A stretch of 64,000 bases of DNA from NCBI RefSeq assembly GCF_009914755.1, contig NC_060927.1. The stretch is one strand, 5' to 3'. The translations under genes were made by a program, and so were the position numbers. The notes beneath the pieces were generated by a model. That model saw only the letters and a list, made by a program, of their open reading frames with translations, ran no database searches and had not been told where the DNA came from. The stretch comes from the human T2T-CHM13v2.0 reference genome, Homo sapiens. Of this stretch, positions 60,081 through 64,000 are shown piece after piece. Each line of letters begins with the position of its first letter. Positions within the stretch are counted from its first letter, which is position 1.

Positions 60081-61589
60081 TTATTATTTATGAATTTAGG
60101 CATATAAAATCTTTCTTTATGGAAACAAATGGAAAATATGATACACAGGTACCATTTGTGATTTAGGTTCTAAAAAACATGTAACAAAAACAATAAAAAA
60201 ATCAAAATCATGACATCTCTGAGGAAACTATAGAAATGTCAGTAAAGAGAAGAAAACTTTGAAATATGTTAGTTTTGTTCATAACTCTTAAGTATTTTAA
60301 AAATAGCTACAAATATAAGCTTTAAGTTTTTTTCAGTAGTAACGAATATTGTAAAAAGTTTGTGATGAAATTTAAATTCTACATCATATGTTTAAAAATA
60401 GAAAAGCACATAGGAATATAGATATACCTTTGAAAAACCATAAATTTGAATAAAATATTGTTTTCCTTTTACCTTGAGGATTTAATACCTGCTTAAGAAT
60501 ATTTCTAGAAAGAGTTGAAGTAGGTTATAGGTAGAATTAAAGGAAAATTACTATACTCAGGAAAAAACATTATATATAAATAAAAAGTAATATATCTTTT
60601 CTTTAAAAAAGAGAAATAAAACATAACAAAATAAGAACTTTTTTAAAAAACAAAAATGCTATATTAAATATAGTAAAAGTATTTCTATTTCACTCTCCTC
60701 TCTGACAATAAGAATAAAAACAATAAATAGAAGTATGTATGTTGGGACAAAGGGGAAAGAGAGAGATTAATCTTAACAAAATTAGTGAAAATTAAATTCC
60801 AAAAGCAATTTATGAAGAACATAGTTAAATATACTTTTGCCTAATGGAAAAGGGTTATCATAAGCACAGCCATAGCTGTGTCCATCTATCTGTGTAACTA
60901 TCTATCTTCTATCTATCAATGAATTAATAAACAATGTTTATTAATATTAAGGAAGAGATCAGTCTTGAAGAGGTGAAATCCACAACCCTTTGCAACAGCT
61001 AAGTTTAGATACAAAGGCAAGACCAAGGCATATTCCTGTGAACTTTATAGTATAGGAGATATAAGGAATTCAGGGTTAGGTGGGAACTGTAGAGACTGAC
61101 CATTTTACCAAGACATGAGATTTCTGCCAGCTTGGGAGAAGGTAGCTGGAGTGTCAAAACTCAGCAGTTCAGTCACCACAGAAGACTAAGAGAGATGAAG
61201 GGAAGAAATGAGTTAGGGGGATAAAAACAGAAAACCTGTGATATATAGAGTGCTGCTGCCTGTCACAAATTTCTTCCCAATTCTGTAGGGGAAAAAAAAA
61301 AATGATAATGCTGTGAACACCAAGCCAAATTTGAGCCCAGATTTGATAGAATTGGGAGAAATTACTTTTAATACAATTGAGAAATACAGACTTTTTTTGA
61401 ACAAAATTACCAAAAAAATCCCTTAATATATAATATTTACTGACCAGAAATCCACAACATTAAAAATGTGTCATGAAAAGATAATTCTAGACACTATTTT
61501 TATGCCTATATTTAATATTCTGAGTAATTAATGTTCTTACATGATTATAACATCACTGAAAAGGTTTCTTCTTCCTTACCTACCACTTG

Positions 61590-62040
61590 CTGCCTTAGCT
61601 ACTTTAGACACATTGTCCTCCATGCTATTCCTCAGAAATCTTAGGTCCTTCACACTTGCTACTCTTTCTGCCTGAATAAGTTATCTCTGCCTGGACTGCG
61701 AGAAAAAAGCAAGAGAAAATCAGAACAAAACTTCAGAGACTTTGCACTTCTTTCATTCACATACATTTTTCTAATTTGCGCTTAATGTACTTGATCATAT
61801 AAACTTTCATGATCACCCTGTGTAATACAGAAACAATCTTCATAATTCTTTATTTTCTAATAGCACTTATTACTCTGTATGCATATGTGTATGTGTGCGT
61901 ATTTGTAGAGGGTTGTGAGTCCATGTTTCTCATGCAGAATGTCAACTTTGAAAGAAGTTTTGTTCTGTTTTGTTCATTATTTGTTGCCTAGAAAAATGAC
62001 AACATAGTGATTGTTCAGAAAATGTGTATGAATGGAGTAA
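61590..62040 (+). mobile_element. L2 3' end relic
   Basis: cttaggtccttcacacttgctactctttctgcctgaata...tagcacttattactct...tgtcaactttgaaag...tgcctagaa...tgaatgga. Confidence 0.6.
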
Positions 62041-62119
62041 AATAAAAATAAATAAAATAAAATAAAAATGTAAAGTACATACCATTAAAAATTAACAATA
62101 AAAACAAAATATAAATCAC

Positions 62120-62900
62120 CATAAGAATAATTTGTGGGAGCACCTAAATCTGTTCTCAGAAGAAAATTTTATCCTAAAATGTTTTATTGGAAAATAGGAT
62201 TAAAAAGTTAGCAAACTTTTCATTGTCATAAGCTAAAAATATATATATATAAATCTGTAATGAAAAAGCAGAAAATAAAGATACAGAGCAACAATAAGGA
62301 AATCGACAATTAAAACAGCATAAAAATGATTAAGGAAATAAAAACACAGTGAAAACAATACATTTTGGAAAACTTTTGAGTAAATCATGAGTAAAAAGAA
62401 AAAAGTGACAAAGAGCAATAGACAACCATAAGCCCAAAACCATCATCAAGAAAGAAAGGAGATAGAAAAGGAATAAAGATAAGGTTTAGAAATATTAGAA
62501 AATACTGTGAATTGCATAGTTCTAATAAATTTAAAAGCCTACTTGGTATTAGTAGTTTTAAAAGAAATATAAAAATTGTCAAGTTTGATCTAAAAATAAG
62601 AAACCATGTAGAAATCAAAATGATGAAGAAAATACATCAAGGCACATTCTCATTAAAGATCAATGAGATCTAGGTGGTTTCGTAGGTGAGTGTGAGCAAA
62701 TATGCCATAAATCGTATAAATTTTATCTTAGAAAACATGTTTCAGATCACAGAAAAAAGATGAAAGACTAATTCATTTACTTTATGGCCCTGGCATAATT
62801 ATGTTACCAAAACTAGCAAGAGCATTATTGCAAAAAAGGAAATCATAGTTCTTAGGAGCCAAGACATCCAACTCTCAGTAATGTATCATTAAATAAACTT
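62120..62900 (+). mobile_element. Old L1M ORF2 fragment
   Basis: ctcagaagaaaattttatcctaaaatg, ctaggtggtttcgtaggtgag, tttatggccctggcataattatgttaccaaaactag. Confidence 0.55.
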
Positions 62901-64000
62901 CATCAATGATTTTTAATATATATATAAAATAAATATAACTTATCTTCAGGATAAAACTCTTAATATAAATAATAACAGGATATCTTTTTTATTTGATAAA
63001 TGACTTCTACCACAAACCAAAATCAAATGTTATACATAATTAAGATACAATTTTTACTAATGCTAAGGTCAAAACAAGCATGTTCAATAAATTGGAGTTC
63101 TTTATAATTTTCAGTATGCTTCTTGAATATATTGATGATATATGAATACTTTATAGAAAATCTGGACAAAATAACAATGAGATGGTGAAGGGCTGTTAAC
63201 ATTAAGTAATAAACAATAATCTTTGACAGATTCTGGCTTGGGAAAAGCAGGTTCACAGTCATCCTATTTTTAGAGATTATTTCAGTTTCCCACTGAACAA
63301 ATCCAAGCATAATATTAGACATCAAGTTGTTATAAGCTGCACAATAAAGTGAGATTAGATAATTTTACAATGAGAGCACTCCATTGCTAATTAATATGAA
63401 TATGAGATATAAACAAATTGAATGGCTGGGAAATGAAGACTAGAAGTAAACATATGTTGGACTAAGTACTTATTTAAGTAGATTGGGCCTGGTATATGGA
63501 AATCCAACCCTGTACTAGAAAGGAACAGAAGGACGTCAGATGCTGATGCAGAAATATGGGTCTTTCAAAGCCTAATGGGTAGAGTGGTATGAAGAAGGCA
63601 AGGCTGAGATAGGTAAATAAATAAAGAGACCAGGAAGCTTTAATTCAATTTGAGGTAAACCTAACAATGGGGGAAGCCTACCCAAATCAAGGCAAAAGAC
63701 TAATAATTTTTCCAGATATATGAACCCTCTAAGAATGGTAAATGTTCAATCTAAGGGCTCCCTAGGTACCCTGATTTGTCATGTGTTTTCTAAAATAGGA
63801 CAGAATGTTTTACAGATATTCTACTGATGTTTTAATATCCCAATTTTAAAGCTTGTGTCCTTACAGTTTTCTAACTTCAGTGCTGGCCCATAAATGTTTG
63901 TATACTGAGAAATAAACAATTCTACCATCAGAACTATGAAGCCATTGATCAATTTTGAAAATGGAAGCTGACTTTCTCAGACAATTTAGGAAGCCCAAAA

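Overview
AT-rich, repeat-dense primate (human-like) genomic DNA, intronic or intergenic. I see no intact protein-coding gene, RNA gene or CpG-island promoter. The main non-repeat feature is a 5'-truncated processed pseudogene of LAMP1 on the minus strand (~4545-5853), covering the luminal C-terminus, the TM helix, the GYxxI tail and the 3'UTR, interrupted by a truncated AluY. The rest is layered transposable-element sequence: 10 Alus, four L1PA insertions (one with a twin-priming inversion, one only ~112 bp), old L1M/L1PB tracts, MaLR and ERV1 solo LTRs (MLT1, MER39, MER34, MER52A), DNA transposons (Tigger3b, MER20, MER5, MER104), and MIR, L2 and CR1 relics. Most long or recognisable ORFs in the supplied track are repeat-derived; the rest look like chance ORFs. 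Family names come from my recall of consensus sequences, not from a database search. I found no convincing new biological system. The most interesting leads are the LAMP1 retrocopy and its residual TM micro-ORF, a complex duplication/templated insertion at 13.6-13.85 kb, and a speculative spliced small ORF at 50.1-50.5 kb.
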